Notes under the pieces: generated by a model
The model's database searches: none
The model's input: only the letters and a program-made list of their open reading frames with translations
Told to the model about the DNA's origin: nothing
Program-made: the position numbers and the translations under genes
Source: a virus
Taxonomy: Duplodnaviria; Heunggongvirae; Uroviricota; Caudoviricetes
Length of the DNA stretch: 64,000 nucleotides
Direction: 5' to 3' (one strand)
Virus record (IMG/VR): IMGVR_UViG_3300027710_000009
Shown: piece after piece, positions 34,201 to 41,515 of the stretch
Layout of the letters: every line of letters starts with the position of its first letter
Numbering within the stretch: position 1 is the stretch's first letter

Positions 34201-37200
34201 AACTAAATGCTGGTGTAAGTGATTTTGACTTCCCTAGCATCTACGACAAGGCCACCGGGACTTATCGTGTGTTGAATAAAAACAATCCAAGAGATTTAGT
34301 TTTTATCAATGCCAGCAGTCGCAAAGACTGGTTAGAAAATTACACGTATCAAATTCAAAGCATTGCTTTGAATTACGGTGGTACTGGATACACAGTTGCA
34401 CCACGGGTGGACATAACCGGAGGTGGCGGCCGTGGTGCAACTGCACGTGCGGTGCTGGGTGTTGCAGATGCAAACGGATTGGCTAGTGTAGTAGATATTA
34501 TTTTAACCAACTCAGGTACAGGTTATACCAGCACACCAACTGTGGTGTTTGTTGGCGGCAACGGGTCAGGCGCTAGTGCAGCCGTAACCATGGTACAAGT
34601 ACTTGGCACACCAGTTACTGGCGCTACTCTAAACAAAAAAATTCGCAGTGTTTTCACCAAAATTAAATTTGATAGAATAAGTTATACCAGTTCTTTACGC
34701 AATTGGGAACCATATGCAATTTATCATCCTGGAGATTTAATTGTACTCGACGATGTGAGATTGCAACAGTTTGCAAACTACAGTGAAAGACAATTACCAA
34801 GACTAAGCACTGTTTATCGTGTGTTGAAAACATTGTTAGGTCGCCCAACCATTGACTTAAATGTGTTTGAAGATACAGCACTGGTGGCACGTCTGTCAGG
34901 CAGTGATCTTGACAATGCAAATGATCGATTGGCTGCATACTTAAAACCAGGCAGTCCTGACACCGCAAGAGTGTACAGTTCGCCTGACACAATTCGTTTG
35001 GTCAGTAGTTCAATCAATGATCAAGTTATTTCAGTGGCCAAGAAGTGGAACATTGTACGCCATAGTATATTTTGGCCAGTGCAACACGGATATCAATATG
35101 CCGCCGCAGGTGACGCCAGCTTGATTGCACTCAGCAAAGATGGTGTAAATTGGGAAACCAATCGTATTACAGATACCACAGTCAACGCACGTGATGTGTT
35201 CCTTTATAGAAACTATACCTGGGTAGTGGTCGCCAACCAAGGCACTATCTATACCAATGATAATGGACAAGATTGGACAGAAGAAAAGATTTCACAATAT
35301 CGATATGATCCAAGCAGTGATAACATAAATGGAATCTTGCAGGAGAATACCGCACAAGTTCTGGATCTAACTGGCGGTGCCAGCGTCCAAAGTACCTACG
35401 CAGATTATATGATTGTGGTAGGCAACAATGGAACAATTTTAGCTAACACCAGAGGAAACTCGGCATTTGCTGTGGCACACAGTGGGTGGTATAACATTAA
35501 GGTTCCGTCTCAGGCAATAGCACAAAATTATCTAAAAGTAATGAGTGTTGACCTTGGATTCCTTAGCGACATTGATAACACAACATATGATGTAATTATT
35601 CAACCTGTCAGCGGATACTTCACTGAAAATGATAGCACAACCAAACGCAAAATGAAAGCTGGATTTTTGATGACCATTGGTGTTAATGGTGCTATCAACG
35701 TGATTACCTACAACGCAATTGACGACTACATGCAAGGATTCTTGTACGGTTATAACTACAACAGTGGTAAAGGGATCAATACCAATTATCCATGGAAGGC
35801 ACTCAGTGTGCCAATTGCTGTTCGCGGACTCAATGACAGCTATTCAGGCGAGCAATTGACTGGTGTTGCAGTAAGTGGCACTGACACCAATTGGATCGTG
35901 GCAATCGGTAGTGCTGGTACTTTGGTATGGAACCAGTATGGACTCACCATTGAATATCAAGACGGTCGTGCAGAACTAGCGCCAGATACCATTAACCAAC
36001 AAGTTGTTGATTATAAATTCAACAGTTTTGAAAACTTCCGTAGCTTTGACGAAAACAACTTTGTTGCACCGCTAACAAAAGCCCAGGTCAATAACTACAA
36101 CTTCAATGATATTGTGTGGGATGGAGAAAAATTTATTGTAGTTGCAGACGAGAGTATTATTCTTTGGGGATACCCAGGAGTACTTGACGATGCATACATT
36201 GAACTTGGAACTCAAAATCCCATACAGTCTGTGCGCACACGTAGAGAAAGTGCCGCTTGGACAGGTGGATCAGGAATTACAACATTAACCATTAACGTTG
36301 CCACCATTGACTTGGATGCACGAAGTATTGATGTTGGTATGAATGCAACTGCAACTGGTTTGCCAGCTGACGCCGTGGTCACACAAGTAACAGTTGGTTT
36401 GTCCACGCATGAAATAGTAGTCGAGTTTGATTCAACCACAGTGATTTCTGCCACTGAGCGCCTGGTGGTATTTTCATATGGAGTAAACAGTAGCATTGCA
36501 GTAGACGACGAGATTGTTGTGTCAGATGGCTCAACAGAAATCACACTGATAGTAAGCAAAGTAGCGTCACGTGGCGACACTAAAGTTTACGTCAACAACT
36601 GGGTTGATACTATCAAGACCAATTGGGAAGTAACAGGCACTGGAATCCCAGCAGGTGCAAGAATCAAACGCATTGGAAAATTTGCTAACTACAGCTGGCA
36701 ACTGGCTCCTGGAGTCCAGGAAAATGTTAACTTGGATTATCGCACAGTCACAGTTAACACCAAAACATTGACATTGAGCAAACCGCTGTTGGCAGCAAAT
36801 GCTCAAGCTGGTATCACTGGTGTTTATGCCGGTAATCTGGTTACATTCTTTGACCCAACCGGAACAGTGATTCAGCTGAATGTCACACAAGATTTGCCTG
36901 CAAACAGCAGTGTATTGACTTTTGAAAGCACACGATCAATTGAATCTGGATATAGCTTACAAGCAAATACTACGTTGGGCATACAAGAAGGCACAGTAGT
37001 AACTGGCGTGATCAATTACAATATTGCTGGTGTGGTAAGTGGATTACAAAAAGATATTCCAGATTTGGTACCAGGAACTGGGTACACTGGTAGCCAGGTT
37101 CAAGGCACTGCGTTTGACAACAGCAATGAAGATTCTTTAAGTATTGACACCAATATCACCAGTGAGTTTACAGACAATCTACTTGGTCAACGTCCAGAAG

Positions 37201-37790
37201 ATATTACTATTGATGGTGGCAAGTTTATTGATACATACTCTAGCCATGCACCAGAAGAACTTGTGCCAGGTCAAGTAATTGATAGTTTACAAATGAATGT
37301 GTTTACTGCCAATGTAGTTAATGGATTACCAGATTATGGAAATGTGATTGCTTACAAAATACTCACAGACTATAAATTGTCAACAACGTATTATCGACTA
37401 AGCAACCAAAACACAACAACTCTTGTGGCAAATCTAGCATATTCAGACGCAGAAATTTTTGTAGCTAACATTGCTCGTTTGCCTGACAGTGGTAGCGTTT
37501 GGATCAATGCTGAAAAGATTGTGTATCAAAGTGTAGACAGAGCTGCCGGTACACTGCAAGATCTGCGCCGCGGTAGTTTAAGAACCAGTGTAGCTCCAGT
37601 ACATGTGTCTGGTAGTTTGGTCAGTGATGCAACTCCAAGCCAATTGGTTGCACAAGACTTTACAACACCAATCACAGAAGATGTTGAAGTTAGAAATGGA
37701 ATTGTTGGTGGAAGCAACAGCTCAACTTACCTAAGCAGTACAGTTACAAGCATTCCGCAGAGCAAGATTTGGCTAAATTTGGATGTATAA
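19248..37790 (+). CDS. Giant (6,180 aa) virion structural protein, putative baseplate wedge/adhesin
   Basis: Uninterrupted 18.5-kb ORF right after gp6 (gp7 position; LLPEVFRT N-terminus); contains GxGY..P repeats, FG-GAP-like blades, a CBM-like motif and Asp-box-like motifs. Confidence 0.8.
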   Translation: MSIKSINLLPEVFRTEPNRKFLAATIDQLISEGDQSVRLDSYIGRKNAPTWKTGDTYVKETNSDRQNYQLETSVIVDGGQGRTDFYSSYLDLLQQIAYYGGITTDHSRLFANQSYTFDGCFDVDKFVNFNNYLWLPNGPPEITITAGNQDIALEYSVVRNLNARGYQFTEYGDNRNPIITLVKGQSYKFLINQTGNPFWIQTAAGVSGTLGPVAEQLNRQILGLSNNGIDSGILEFNVPLGDAQDVQVTAVSAATVDFATTASYSKIQSYLVNQLAKQGGIDGVSQGLNGKTLVFANADVDNELWKDAGNFDFDKFDETPFEYGELVPGEKRRWVFRIRTIDVGNNRQIIKLDPITEVLPGQKVYVKAGQRYSNVELLLNNSGFYETIDPITAPLDTLYYQDNSEPGFFGIIRLVNPGTETINIDNDIIGTENYTSPNQVVLTNGMHIKFDNTATPARYANNNYIVEGVGTAIKLINVGNFTVPEQYAVDSGLATPDYITINRASKDLNAWSRSNRWFHISTIEDAAKYREDPTLLDLSMVQRGKRPIIEFDPNIYLFDYGRTSKSPVDIIDFTITNAFQDVEGQEYYTVRMPNGIVRQLTPGVRVIFAADDDLEVRRRIYRVDFITTSTGNRIHLVSQNTQDLPAYEVAGVTITSNLSYNFIPTVTFAKPLPGIGTRVAQGNVVLKNSGIESIDIAYGGVNFIADPYIKINSDYIDQVQTEINYRTFKQIDYVRIDSAGTGYTTTTPNISISNPNQYWATVTNVSLGTSGLTFEVAAGPLINPPTTGVIQVDGSGNVVATFGNIGLGYYQANVSASISAPTAPAGTVPVVNNVYLYANGAIKSIRLSSYGSGYLTAPTITFTGANTYTASVTTVGRVTTSATLWDFLTPGYQIIANGIIGGTIVSAIDNEANLITINAPAVSANLEAATPLTGVSTVSVGDLWTFKANATAGTFATATATQLASKSVKVNDTSMLDVGMVISGGIDPVLISDIRIDVVPTRIITASNHGFVDKDLVYIRNIVGTVELNFSRYYVKRISENAIDLYASSDLSDASAQDSRNFTDYLSGGQITAYTIDYATTRVTKVLSETEFEVNREISILNGTKLVFGGVPAQSVARSDGNAIYNISITEPGSGYTTVPNVTIESSLGNQAVASAITNDNIINYIRIVDPGTGYTVSSATTADIISEVEVLTSAVSTYGSTTLYFDNADDLLPVQTGWLAFLVSTINGEEILTDFGQEPYAATDTTGPNTNTFQSFMDVSKTTAIVRSVINVDSDQIILSGPINAQDSDGELIDLPAGSRIVFTAQNRFFTTEGVGSSARFNGHTKTGFISVNELVDETVMALDNVNGVQPGMLVGDLAGLLPAGIQVRTVDAYTRRITLNNSVTLPSLTQVTFSDFVQATPAVAPAEISSITITDPGLGYVHAPEIIIQALVPVVELIGACTGSDQLATYLDPITLDPVLYQSGNVIIVDSYDGVVIGSKLTSNYNNQGVGVTTGADRPTVVALVLEQTASAVFEPRIVIDKKQSEFNDIIITFTQAAEGVAQIVQYNNAIDYQDDTPETYDVDDTVVVNIPANQEQTTTNVIAYNQFYFDGIAWSPSQQKQDTNQEPLYDAFDTNGDSAGDTSVYQGTKFIGTRIFGYKLGAGKSDNVLNFPLSYKNFENVGDIEFSNYFQTDSFNFLDGFAETNTPISNFVLKQQTESGNVQLRNIWTPIGTDSKQYQLISHEFNGTTNYFELDVKEEISQEIPYLKVYVNNTRLLETQYTVEQSGARTAVVIPASSLVVGQQITIKVYSKQQSLLGHYQTPVNLDTNPLNSNFESLTLGQIRNHLVTKVDNHYGIVGPALGKNNLRDLYNKNWQGSILQHASPVSLASLFLVDQDLNIIQAVEFAQKEYTKFKNKFIDMTSRLQIDTLDIPGSVDLILKSLMSGKSPASPWYDSDMVPYGNKFRKVTKLPILNIRQRTYLIPSAFDLSTISRQSVLIYIRDSATRQHRQLLNEIDFDFSRETSSIVLNANVDLTYTSELQIVEYSTTVENYIPETPTKLGMYPKYTPRIYVDNTYRQPTLVVEGHDGSITPAFNDYRDLLLLELESRIYNNIKVRYEDTLLEIYDTIPGKYRETDYSRQEWNQLLSRSFLGWIGTNRLDYSANDFFNANDPWTWNYGKFVDRTGEKLPGHWRGVYKYYYDTDRPHTHPWEMLGFSERPSYWNDRYGPAPYTSGNRVLWEDIQSGYIHSGARAGIDKRFARPDLTKIIPVDDTGELLDPLRLGLSSITALETSSPFSIGDNGPVETAWRRSSDYTYAVQLALILARPAFYLGTQFDNSRYRFDSGLGQITDRETRQRLIPRLIKVPESGLKGQEVVLTAGYSNWIRDYLAQQGVDGSAKMRDYFLRMDVRLSYKMGGFTDKKMLEVVAEQSSPGGSGRNIIVPDENYRVYLHKSTPTKRLAYSAVIIEVSDNGWKVSGYNSTTPYFTIIPSQVNNNGYALKELKVGVTVYKDYQLRKLIVPYGYEFNTHQQLSDFLTSYGRYLTSLGFVFDEFNNDLEVVKDWDLSIREFLTWSQQGWKQGSIIVVSPIGGKISVASDYGVVDQVTNKNTGNRLLDQNFSLIRQGNYSVSRDGGLFTASAAFGKMIALADLSLVEYEHVLIFDNQTVFSDVINQPEIGNRQYRLKLTGYKSGEWNGQLNAPGYIYNNDTVNAWQAGKSYNIGSLVEYKNQYFIALQKVPETTTFDFNYWKPIDRNKIKTGLLTNFSNSANRLRQIYDTDQMKRNEDFDNYSTGLIGFRNREFLQDLGIDKTSQVKFYQGYIKQKGTKNAINSLTAGQFDRVTSAITLYEEWALRVGEYGATGSDQYIEVELDEQSFTDDPSTINFLNFGDANAPGAINFTPYTIYRGSEEVYNKNIVKARNDLLPRIGDNVTAGYPRLDDVDGTIYDISNYQNYFGLVDTLGSGYKLWVGVDNDKSWNVYRATETDVLLLSITRTNTSQLLFVFDKPHGTAAKELIVIKNFDDNQFDGFYVVTSVQDNLSALVTGYRNLDTFAQIQTVESSGVYFRMVNVRFDQVSEIIDFTPPHGWRNEDRVWIDNDTSDNYWGVFQKIDGWEFNQLLPLRQGEDRFLEGYGKEVRLSVDNQIILAGTPNYTNGSLSGLKVLDPGANYDSPTVRIGSPTGLNGQQALFSVVKSNGALTKANVLVAGSGYTIAPNVTIIDEWNTVTTAETLNTAEIYLSSGDMSKIYVGDYVSGTGIPFETQVTEIDVPNNLIEVQGPNYSGLVSATSITVATGTISFTTGITATSTPIVAGDGIRAYVSGDLTTYLEGYVESFVGTVLTANIQITAGSGTHSSWLIATSLSVRNNTPIRFYRGAGGRAIASLTPTGVDAIQVIDGGSGFVQTPVVQIIGGGGFGAQATAVLSGNFIEKITVTNPGSGYTEAPSVLLLTNNPTPVNLVARLQLTTVNSIVVTDKGEDYRDPTINISTHSLDTSSSAIGTLAFYGNGGVQSITFASSTDRGTSYGSGTTVTIANSATGSGFVGTVATFANGKVNSITVSVPGSGYETAFAKANIFYAGGSGATGNIGRTIDGISNFTGATVVSYGQGYLAAPTVEVIDQSGAGAGAIVEPIFPTGQVKTFLRPDQGSYTIEETQLIKPFNSDAREFGFSIDIGTILAAIGAPGTYKEQGGVFVSQTLGSQWISYQMIFPGGLSDGDRFGHSVAMSNDQQWIYIGAPGANKVYCYGKKTQTFTRVTLIPVVGQITYGTNLLGLKSANEIKVLGANGKLFEPNFDYTVDNAGGIFFADFDRIASQTAVYITRQRLQTTIIPTVIRNLTTRSYALESTPETIDQLLVYGATGRVFVPNKEFIVVGSNIVFLDDEFLTEPSIVVVQRDLFYQLVDVIEPPDAINSDANFGWAVRCDQGGYRIIVGAPDTDDLDEEDNTIPSAGRTYVFSRSYEVILSLGDKKVFTFDQLRNVASFSIDNTLLTNLVDYTIENNSVILTNFPRNGATITADTNFFNLIQTIPCPTVVNLGRFGASVDIAPDNKSLAVGSPGYRDENYYNGQVYRYVNKGLFYGTVTTDKTFLQTNVELGQTIRINNRLATFTSVVPGTQTNVTAAYGSTGTEISLVSNVGLAIGDRIIGPDIDAGLGLQIVGWGPATPGMFSNIAVNTPVTVTSGDSLQFTRFGDNISKIRRNIESANAVAVETVQNENGTLTIRVSEDSNLRVLDILPGNSGTALDGIGLRIYELTQTIGHPRYGVPEKFGTKVSIDDTGLTVAIASEGGNTLKTSTFDKQTTEFDTDTTRFIDSLNASGAVYLYDYLNPPGETLENPGKLLYNQVLQNAFVLTGDNFGSSIDINRGWALVGAEFSNYHSIKAGAVHMFINEGNVKGWSRLRSRGEEVDIDYINSIMLYDKVKQVNVQDLDYFDPAKGKILGIADQDLDYKSSYDPAAYNRGTRSSVTIATDSYWTSLQEGQTWWDLSLCRYVNYEQGSLNYRTTHWGELFPDSKIQVCEWVSSLVLPSEYASTTGDGEAKYPDNSAYTEQTYYDSSSSLIKTRYYFWVINKQMFDRTKTSRNNSIVTLESLIRDPQAQGIAFAAAIAPNAFNIYNFKQYLKSSDTVFRVDYSRRLGDIISHNEFELIQQGNRNSSIPSKLISKLIDSLSGENSTGAVVPDLRLTDADAYGISDLPRQSMIRNNLDAAKVFVSFVNNVLSSQLVTNRRNFTRLLKEEPIPAAGVGFYDASVDSVDQLLYIPDSELFVGFKVLVTSDSDFYNYWTVYEYSQFVGFRMIRIQSYDTTRWWNYVNWYAPGYDQYLNIDFVVPRYVDVYALSLQAGQTVKVLDSGKGTYTVYEYTTSGNLVEVAVENGTIQLSTGLYDPAQSRIGFDNSAFDQVGFSTTQSVELRNIFEALVNDIFIDENLVELNNLFFTLLNYILSEQIVVDWAIKTSLITILHRIRKLEQFTNYIKDNQDYYEQYINEVKPYRSQIREYLLDYEGLDELNAGVSDFDFPSIYDKATGTYRVLNKNNPRDLVFINASSRKDWLENYTYQIQSIALNYGGTGYTVAPRVDITGGGGRGATARAVLGVADANGLASVVDIILTNSGTGYTSTPTVVFVGGNGSGASAAVTMVQVLGTPVTGATLNKKIRSVFTKIKFDRISYTSSLRNWEPYAIYHPGDLIVLDDVRLQQFANYSERQLPRLSTVYRVLKTLLGRPTIDLNVFEDTALVARLSGSDLDNANDRLAAYLKPGSPDTARVYSSPDTIRLVSSSINDQVISVAKKWNIVRHSIFWPVQHGYQYAAAGDASLIALSKDGVNWETNRITDTTVNARDVFLYRNYTWVVVANQGTIYTNDNGQDWTEEKISQYRYDPSSDNINGILQENTAQVLDLTGGASVQSTYADYMIVVGNNGTILANTRGNSAFAVAHSGWYNIKVPSQAIAQNYLKVMSVDLGFLSDIDNTTYDVIIQPVSGYFTENDSTTKRKMKAGFLMTIGVNGAINVITYNAIDDYMQGFLYGYNYNSGKGINTNYPWKALSVPIAVRGLNDSYSGEQLTGVAVSGTDTNWIVAIGSAGTLVWNQYGLTIEYQDGRAELAPDTINQQVVDYKFNSFENFRSFDENNFVAPLTKAQVNNYNFNDIVWDGEKFIVVADESIILWGYPGVLDDAYIELGTQNPIQSVRTRRESAAWTGGSGITTLTINVATIDLDARSIDVGMNATATGLPADAVVTQVTVGLSTHEIVVEFDSTTVISATERLVVFSYGVNSSIAVDDEIVVSDGSTEITLIVSKVASRGDTKVYVNNWVDTIKTNWEVTGTGIPAGARIKRIGKFANYSWQLAPGVQENVNLDYRTVTVNTKTLTLSKPLLAANAQAGITGVYAGNLVTFFDPTGTVIQLNVTQDLPANSSVLTFESTRSIESGYSLQANTTLGIQEGTVVTGVINYNIAGVVSGLQKDIPDLVPGTGYTGSQVQGTAFDNSNEDSLSIDTNITSEFTDNLLGQRPEDITIDGGKFIDTYSSHAPEELVPGQVIDSLQMNVFTANVVNGLPDYGNVIAYKILTDYKLSTTYYRLSNQNTTTLVANLAYSDAEIFVANIARLPDSGSVWINAEKIVYQSVDRAAGTLQDLRRGSLRTSVAPVHVSGSLVSDATPSQLVAQDFTTPITEDVEVRNGIVGGSNSSTYLSSTVTSIPQSKIWLNLDV

Positions 37791-38186
37791 ATGATAATAG
37801 AAAATCAAGTAACAACCGCAGGTAACGGACTGTTTGCAAGTCAGACTCTGCAGGCAGAGTTCCTGCGCGGCGCACCAGCGTATCAACCATCAATTGATCC
37901 ACGCCTACCAGCGCATGACATTTTGGCTGCAAATTTTACTCCAAGCAGTACCACCATCTCAGTGAGCAATGTGGCCCTGTACCCCAGCCCAAATCTAGCT
38001 GCCAGCTCTTATGGATCAATTCGTTTGCTATTTGAAGTAATGTTGTACTCAAATGTATGGGTTGGCAATAGCACCATTGGCGGATTTACCCGTAATGTAG
38101 CCAGTACTGGAAATTGTGTGAGTTCTGGCAGTGTTGTTGCCGGCAACCTGATCAGTATTTTGGGTTTGAGAACAGTTAGTTCTTAG
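37791..38186 (+). CDS. Hypothetical virion protein, in frame with and abutting the giant ORF
   Basis: ATG immediately follows the TAA of the giant gene; its C-terminal half resembles the giant protein's last domain. Confidence 0.6.
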   Translation: MIIENQVTTAGNGLFASQTLQAEFLRGAPAYQPSIDPRLPAHDILAANFTPSSTTISVSNVALYPSPNLAASSYGSIRLLFEVMLYSNVWVGNSTIGGFTRNVASTGNCVSSGSVVAGNLISILGLRTVSS

Positions 38187-38197
38187 GATGTAATATC

Positions 38198-38899
38198 ATG
38201 CTAAATAAGGATATGGACAAAGATACGGATAAAATAATGCAAGATCAAGAGCAAAAATCTACGGAAAAAATGGATCAAAAACCTGACATTGTTGCAGGCA
38301 TCTATGTTCGCGGACATATAAAAATCCACGATCCTTCGAGTGGCGAGGTTTTTGTAGACAAACCAAACGCTATTCACTACGAAAACATGAGTGAGGCTAT
38401 TGCGTTTGCACTAAGTCATCGAGACCAACAATACATGTACGAAATGCATTTTGGCAATGGTGGCACGGCTGTGGACAGCACAGGTGTTATTACTTATCTG
38501 GTACCAAACACCACAAGTCAAAGTGCAGGGCTGTACAATCCAACTTATTATAAAATAGTCGATGATACCGACACAAACAACAATCCCGATGTGCTTCACA
38601 ACAAAATGGAAGTGAGACACATTGCTGGTAACCCTTATTCAGATATCATTATTACCTGTCTGCTCGACTACGGCGAGCCCGGCACTCAAAGCGTGTTTGA
38701 TAACAGCACAACATTGAATGATACTTATACTTTTGACGAACTTGGCATTAAGGCCCGTGCTCTTGATGGCACAGCAGGCGAAGGAAAATTACTAACACAT
38801 GTAATATTTCACCCAGTGCAAAAATCACTGAATCGTTTGATACAAATCGACTATACCGTGAGGATCCAGACTCTGACCAACCTAAGCGCGATAGGATGA
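38198..38899 (+). CDS. Virion structural protein (baseplate/tail-fibre junction; true start may be 38213 or 38237)
   Basis: GHIKIHD, NAIHYEN, FGNGGT, FDELG, LLTHVIFHPVQKSLNRLIQIDYTVRI; located between the giant protein and the fibres. Confidence 0.65.
   Translation: MLNKDMDKDTDKIMQDQEQKSTEKMDQKPDIVAGIYVRGHIKIHDPSSGEVFVDKPNAIHYENMSEAIAFALSHRDQQYMYEMHFGNGGTAVDSTGVITYLVPNTTSQSAGLYNPTYYKIVDDTDTNNNPDVLHNKMEVRHIAGNPYSDIIITCLLDYGEPGTQSVFDNSTTLNDTYTFDELGIKARALDGTAGEGKLLTHVIFHPVQKSLNRLIQIDYTVRIQTLTNLSAIG
38202..38207 (+). promoter_or_regulatory. T4-type late promoter (TAAATA)
   Basis: TAAATA at the head of the 233-aa ORF, which suggests a downstream true start (38213 or 38237). Confidence 0.45.
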
Positions 38900-38904
38900 T
38901 GTAA

Positions 38905-41496
38905 ATGGCATATACGATTACTAAAACCAACGGTGACACCCTAACAACTGTACCAGACACCGAAACAAATACGGACTACGGTATCACACTAGTAGGACGC
39001 AATTATTCTGGATATGGAATATATCTAAACGACAACTTTGTGTCGCTCATGGAAAATTTTGCCAAGAGCACTGCACCAGCACAACCGCTTGGAGGACAAC
39101 TATGGTGGAACACCAGCACTATGGAATTGCAGGTGTGGGAAGGCACAGTTTGGAAACGACTTGGCCACGTTACCAGCAGTTCAAATGCTCCGGGTTCGGT
39201 TGGACGAACAATTGGTGACCTTTGGTGGGACACAACTAATCAACAACTAAAAGCCTATGCAGGTGAAGTTATTAGCAATGTCACTGCACAATTTTCAACA
39301 ACACAATATGTTGTTAGCATAGCAAGCACAGATAATGTTCGTGTTGGTGACCTTGTTACTACAGGCAACGTTCTTGCCGCAAATGCTGTAACAGTGACAC
39401 AGATTCTAAGCAGTGCAAATGTAAGAGTAAGTACTCCTGCAGTAATTTTTGCAACAGAAACTGTGAGATTCACTCGCGGAAGCGGATGGAATGTAATTGG
39501 CCCAAGCTATACCAAAGATCAACAGATTACCGGAATCTTTCCTAGAACCATCATTGACAACATTGGTGGAACTCATGTGGTTGGGGTCATATACCAAAAA
39601 GGACAAATAGTTGGCACAGTATCTAGAGACAATCAATTTACACCTCGTACACAGGATGCAATTGATCGGTTGCCTATTGTTAAACCAGGTATTACATTAA
39701 TTGAAGATGTTGCACCACAACAGGTACGTAGTGTTAGTTCTAATGTTGCAGGTGCCGCTGGCAGTACAGTTATTGTACTGAGTAACACTGATGGACTAGC
39801 AGTTGGCGACACAGTTATTTCTTCTAACATCTCTATTTCTGCAAGTAAAACTATTCAAGAAATTTATAGCAACAGTGCCATTCGCATCAATGCTACAGAC
39901 TTTTTCACACAAGACGAAGTAATCACTTTCCAGCGCGGCGCAGATGAAAGCAATCTGTTTCATGGAACCGCAACTGATGCTCAACGCCTAAATGGCAAAA
40001 CATCAGACCTCTTTGCTACACTATCAACTGAGCAATGGTTCAGAGACAACCTGGCAGTTGCAGGCAATATCTATGTTGGTAGCGATAGCACACCTGCTGT
40101 GGGCAAGACTGTGCTGTGGCAAACAGGTTCCAATCTAAATATTATCAACACGCAGGCCAATGGTAACATTGCAGTTTCTACTAGAATATCAGGCATTGCA
40201 TCACCTGTTGAAGTGTTCACAGTCAATGGAATAACTGGTCTTGCAAGTGTACGTGGAATTCCTACCACAGCCAATGGTGTGGCCACAAAGAGCTATGTTG
40301 ACAACAGTCAGGGCATTGCACTGTCTGCTCTAACAGCCAACATCACAGCATTGATAAACGGTGCCGCTGTTAACAAAAGAGATTTTGGTAACGTAGCCAA
40401 CATATTGGACACCTATGCTAACAATTTCAGCACAGTTGATTCAACACTGGCACTCAAGAGCAATATTGATAGCCCTGTGTTTACTGGCATGCCTGAAGCA
40501 CCAACTGCAAGTGAAGGTACCGATACCACGCAGGTTGCAACAACAGAATTTGTGTCAACTGCGATTACAACACTTCGCACCAGCACCAATGCTAACCTAA
40601 CAGCAGCCAACAGTCAAATTCAATTGAGAGCAAATATTGCTAGCCCTGTGTTTACAGGCACACCGGCATCGTCAGAAATTGTTGACTTGTCAGATCGTTC
40701 AACAAGAATTGCTACCACCAAGTTTGTGGGTGATGTAGTGGCCGCTGCCAATTCTGCAAGCAACACTGGATTAACAGCAAAAGCGCCGTTGAACAATCCA
40801 GAACTGACAGGTATTCCAACTGCACCAACTGCAAGTAATGTGACATACACACTAGACAGCAACTGGGTTTCTACAAAGAACTTGGTGGTAAACTTTGATG
40901 GAGCAAATCAAAGTAGTTTGGCTACCATTGGATTTGTTGGAAATGTATTGTCTACAATGCCGTTTCCAGATCTCACTACTCTTGCTCCAAAGGCAAGTCC
41001 AGTACTAACAGGCATTCCAACTGCACCAACTGCGCCTGCTGGTACAAGTACTCAACAACTTGCTACCACACGATTTGTTGCAGAGAATAGTCCAGTATTG
41101 TCGGTCAATGGAGCAACAGGCGGAGTTATATTGGGTGTAGCTGATATAACAGGAGCGGCACCAATCAACAGTCCAACCTTTACAGGAACACCACTGTTGA
41201 CAGACAGTCCAACTGCTGGTGACGATAGCAAAAAAATTGCATCAACTGAATGGGTCAGGGATATTACTGATACTCTAGCACCAAGAAGTTCACCAACTTT
41301 TATTGGTACTGTGACAGTTCCTACTCCATCATCAGCCAGCGATACCACTGTGGCAGCAAGCACAGCGTGGGTCAAAGCACGAATTTTTGAAGCAAACGTT
41401 CCAAAATGGGGAGGTGCCACCAAGTATGTGAGCACCAGTGCCCCAACAGTTAACGACGGAGTAAATGGCGATCTGTGGTTTAAGTACACACTTTGA
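38905..41496 (+). CDS. Tail fibre protein
   Basis: MAYTI...LVGRNYSGYG...NFVSLMENFA N-terminal module; about 7 SPxFTGxPxAPT...ATTxFV fibre repeats; C-terminal GDLWFKY. Confidence 0.8.
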   Translation: MAYTITKTNGDTLTTVPDTETNTDYGITLVGRNYSGYGIYLNDNFVSLMENFAKSTAPAQPLGGQLWWNTSTMELQVWEGTVWKRLGHVTSSSNAPGSVGRTIGDLWWDTTNQQLKAYAGEVISNVTAQFSTTQYVVSIASTDNVRVGDLVTTGNVLAANAVTVTQILSSANVRVSTPAVIFATETVRFTRGSGWNVIGPSYTKDQQITGIFPRTIIDNIGGTHVVGVIYQKGQIVGTVSRDNQFTPRTQDAIDRLPIVKPGITLIEDVAPQQVRSVSSNVAGAAGSTVIVLSNTDGLAVGDTVISSNISISASKTIQEIYSNSAIRINATDFFTQDEVITFQRGADESNLFHGTATDAQRLNGKTSDLFATLSTEQWFRDNLAVAGNIYVGSDSTPAVGKTVLWQTGSNLNIINTQANGNIAVSTRISGIASPVEVFTVNGITGLASVRGIPTTANGVATKSYVDNSQGIALSALTANITALINGAAVNKRDFGNVANILDTYANNFSTVDSTLALKSNIDSPVFTGMPEAPTASEGTDTTQVATTEFVSTAITTLRTSTNANLTAANSQIQLRANIASPVFTGTPASSEIVDLSDRSTRIATTKFVGDVVAAANSASNTGLTAKAPLNNPELTGIPTAPTASNVTYTLDSNWVSTKNLVVNFDGANQSSLATIGFVGNVLSTMPFPDLTTLAPKASPVLTGIPTAPTAPAGTSTQQLATTRFVAENSPVLSVNGATGGVILGVADITGAAPINSPTFTGTPLLTDSPTAGDDSKKIASTEWVRDITDTLAPRSSPTFIGTVTVPTPSSASDTTVAASTAWVKARIFEANVPKWGGATKYVSTSAPTVNDGVNGDLWFKYTL
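40460..41390 (+). repeat. Tandem tail-fibre peptide repeats (SPxF/LTGxPxAPT...xATTxFV)
   Basis: SPVFTGMPEAPT, SPVFTGTPAS, NPELTGIPTAPT, SPVLTGIPTAPT, SPTFTGTPL, SPTFIGTVTVPT. Confidence 0.75.
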
Positions 41497-41515
41497 TCGT
41501 CGGCGAAAAATGAAG

